Source: Stegostoma tigrinum (lineage: Eukaryota). Taken from it: 64,000 nt of DNA. Location of the stretch: positions 4,116,098 through 4,180,097 of the forward strand of contig NC_081360.1 of assembly GCF_030684315.1 (NCBI RefSeq). The letters run 5' to 3'. The stretch's first letter is position 1; every line of letters starts with the position of its first letter. Below, one piece after another: positions 60,692 through 64,000 of this stretch. Under the pieces are notes generated by a model that was not told the DNA's origin, did no database searches, and was given only the letters and a program-made list of their open reading frames with translations. Both the position numbers and the translations under genes were made by a program.

Positions 60692-61527
60692 TAAAGTTTT
60701 AGCAAAGATTTGTAGCTCTGGTTGTGGATGAGGTTGTTGACTTGCTTGCCGAGCTGGCTTGTTTTTGTTCAGACGTTTCATCAACATGCTAAGGAACATC
60801 ATCATTGAGGTCTCTGGTGAAGTGATGTTTTTCCATTCTGTTTGGAATTTATACTGTCAGGTCTGTTATGTTGAATAGTGTCATTTCTGATTTTGTTCTG
60901 TATGGGTTTGTATATATGGTCCAATTCTATATGTTTGTTGATTGCATTACGGGTTGAGAACCATGCCTTTAGGAATTCCCACGTGTGTTTATGTTTGATT
61001 TGGCTTACGATAGTTATTGTGTCCCAGTTAGACTAATGGCCTTCATTGTTCGAGTGTACTGATACTAAGGAAGGTCTGTCGTGTCGTTTAGCTGCTAGCT
61101 GATGTTCATGCATTCTGATGGCTAGTTTCCTTCCTGTCTGTCCAATGTAATATTTGTGGAAGTCTTTGCATGGTATTTTGTAAACCATGTTGGTTCTGCA
61201 TGTTGTGTGAATGGGGTCTTTAATACTTGTGAGTGTTTATTTCACAAACAAAGCTGCAGTAGGACACTGTTTAAATGGGCCATGACACACTGCAACACTC
61301 CAGATCTACACAGGGAGGAACAGGAAGAATACCTATACAAAATCTTCGCTGTGAACAAATATCCCCACAACTTCACCTCCAAGTACCTACTAAATAGATG
61401 GCAACAAGAGAGCACAGTACTCCCTAACACACTGCCCTATATCAAAAGCATACCAGATCTGACAATGAGACTCCTGAGGCGACTAGGAATCATGGTAGCA
61501 CATAAGCACAAAGCCAGCCTTTGACAA
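60692..61527 (-). mobile_element. Penelope-like element with an inverted 5' segment
   Basis: Minus 61240-60692: 'LTSIKDPIHTTCRTNMVYKIPCKD..YIGQTGRKLAIRMHEH' through to the terminus. Plus 61243-61527: 'HKQSCSRTLF...TLPYIK..LGIMVAHK'. Confidence 0.88.
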
Positions 61528-63097
61528 AATTACAGCCATTGCTTGTCTCCCACTAAATTTTATACAGTGCTTTTCCAATTCACCAAAGCCAACTTAACTC
61601 TAATACCTTTACAGCTTGTGGGACTCAGATTTAGAACCTCAATTTCCAATGATTAAAAAACTGTTTTATCTTCAGACATCATGTAAAATTCAATATATTA
61701 TGATCACTACTCCCAAAAGCTCCTTTGCAGCAAGGTTTTCAATTAGACCTCCTGATCACACAACACCAATTCCAAATTAGCCTGATCTCTATCTCAATGC
61801 TCAAAGTACTGTTAAAGCAAACTGCTCATGAGATTCATTTTCTCCAGCATTAGCATTCAACGTTTGTCAGCTCTGTTTGAATAATAATTGAGGCGTTTCC
61901 TAATATTGCTTAACACTTGATTAGCTGAGAGTGACGAACACAGGCATTCAGTCGACAGGCATGGCCCAGGCTTCAAAGACGTGTGTCAAATGCTTCTGAA
62001 ATCATTGGTCTAATATGGAGTATCACATAGGGCATGCAGGGAAGCCAGCCACAGCCCAACACACATTATTCCATTGTTTCTGAGATTTGCAGTGTCAGCA
62101 CTTTATAGTTGAGGGAGCTGAAAACCAAGCACGGAGAAATATATTGATGCTCATCCAGTGCAATAAATATAGAGACAGACAATTCCTTAAACAAGGATCA
62201 AGTGAGAGAATTATGGAGAACAGAGAGTGGAGTGGGACTAAGAGAGGAATGAAACCTTGGGTTTAATCACAAGAGTGGGAACATTAAACAATGGCATGGC
62301 CTGAGCAGTGAAATTATTCACTATCTTGCATTCTCAGTTCGCCTCACAGAATGAGCCCAGATTCTTTTAACTGGGATAAGGTAATAGCTCAGCATAGAGT
62401 CTCTGATGTTACTGTTAGCTGTGCCAACTACACAAACGTACTGTTCAGTAAACTGGGCTATCTTCCCAGCATGTGGAGAATTGGTCCTATTGCCAATGCA
62501 TTGCAAAGCTTACCTTCACTAGGTAACCGCCTTCTGGGGAAATTTGCAACCCATTCAGTGAGTAACTGGAGATTGGTGTCCCACCAGTTTACATCTCCAT
62601 ATCATCATTGCACCAGTCTAAATTGTGTGAAGGGACATGGTTGTAGGTGTGAAACCACTTTTAGAGATAGATCAGGGGGTCTACCACTTTAAATCTGAAC
62701 AACTTGGTTTTGGGTAACAGACAGAGAGAAACAGAGGGATGTGTCATGGGCAGACATAATCTCACAGTTGAGAATATCAGGGCAAAGGCATTGCCAGAGC
62801 CATTGCAATGTAGATCAACACTCACAGCAATGAAAAGTGGAATGAATTTTAGTGTGAGTTAGGACACGAGCTGACAGGGTTTGTCTGAAATTTGCTTTGA
62901 CTCTGGGTCTGTATTGAGTAGATTCTTCAGATTATTGAGATTGGATTTCACAGTTAAGGGTTTATAAACTGAATAACTGGCTACAGAGTCTCAGCTGAGC
63001 ATTAGCAGCAAGAAGAGAATAGTAAATTATACGGACAATAATGGTAAAGCACAAAAATAAACATGGTTTATAGAAATAGTTGGATAGTGAGACTTAC

Positions 63098-63319
63098 CTG
63101 CTACACTCACAATAGCCAGGATGGGATAATAAAAATATCGAACAATAGGAAGAGCAATTTCTATCCACAATGATAATAATAATCAATCGTAATATGTAAG
63201 AAGGTACCAACATCCCAGGATAAGCTCTTGTTCATTATTGGGACATTCCAGTCCATTTTTCTCAGATTCAGGTTCATTGTTGGAACACGGCACATGGTTG
63301 TTCTTGGATTTTGATCCAT
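63098..63319 (-). pseudogene. GPR139-like exon 1 with repetitive N-terminus and a 1-nt frameshift
   Basis: 'MDQNPRTTMCRVPTMNLNLRKMDWNVPIMNKSLSWDVGTFLHITIDYY', then after a frameshift in the (TAT)n run 'LSLWIEIALPIVRYFYYPILAIVSVA' plus G and a GTAAGT donor at 63097. Confidence 0.8.
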
Positions 63320-64000
63320 TTTTGGAACATTCCAGTCTATTGTTCTCAGATCCTAATCTCTCCATTCCCCTCTTTCTGGCACCACTGATCTCTGTTAGTG
63401 TTGGAGATAATGTTCCCTCTGAAACAATGGGATAACACAGTGAACAGAGCCTGTTTTCAATGGAAGAGTGAAACCATCTGGTGAGACAATCTGGATCCAG
63501 GGAGAATGATCTTCATCACAGTCGCTGAACAAACAGATTCAGGTCTCCCCTTTCAAAACATTTTTCATATTATTACAAATGAGACTATTTATTCAGTTTG
63601 AATGTAACCTTTGAGGGTTGGTGAGGGAGAAATAGTGAAAATGGCTGAGAAAATAACAATAATATTTCAATCCTCATTGTCTGTGCAGTAGTGCCAGAGG
63701 ACTGCAGAGTTGTGTATATTCCACGTTGTTCATAAAAGGACACAAGGATCAAACTTGAAACTATAGACTACTGCAAAAAGGTAACAATGGGAAAATTTAA
63801 CTCGACCAGAATCTGGGGTAACAATATTATTCTTTGACTTTGTGTAATGCTGCTGCAATTTTAAGAATCCAGTTATAAAATTGTTTCAAAACTGTGGAAC
63901 ATCATTCAGATCATGCAACATACATAGGAACAAAGAGGGCACCATTCTTCCTCCATGTGCCAGTTACATGAGTATAGAAGGAGGCCATTCAGTCTACCCC

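Noticed and set aside
63183-63365. 60-aa ORF 'MERLGSENN...' as a peptide gene
   Set aside because: Wrong frame of the repetitive GPCR exon 1.

Overview
Repeat-rich eukaryotic genomic DNA, most likely from a shark or other elasmobranch (many HE1-type V-SINEs and HER1/CR1 LINEs). I found no intact protein-coding gene. The window holds a decayed cluster of two-exon GPR139/GPR142-like rhodopsin-class GPCR pseudogenes (three exon-2 remnants, four exon-1 remnants). Around them lie CR1, Rex1/Babar, Gmr1-type Gypsy and Penelope-like elements (PLEs), the last carrying hammerhead-like cores and fold-back derivatives. The main discovery is hidden in apparently unique spacer DNA and is missed by the ORF track. 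Manual translation across stops and frameshifts gives degenerate but correctly ordered motifs of a non-segmented negative-strand RNA virus (Mononegavirales-like) L polymerase, in three pieces: N-terminal RdRp (~21.85-24.05 kb, +), catalytic core plus capping domain (~12.0-15.9 kb, + with an internal inversion) and methyltransferase (~0.54-1.85 kb, -). A glycoprotein remnant may lie just upstream of the L start. These calls come from motif recognition by eye and need profile-HMM or tblastn confirmation. Most repeat boundaries are approximate.
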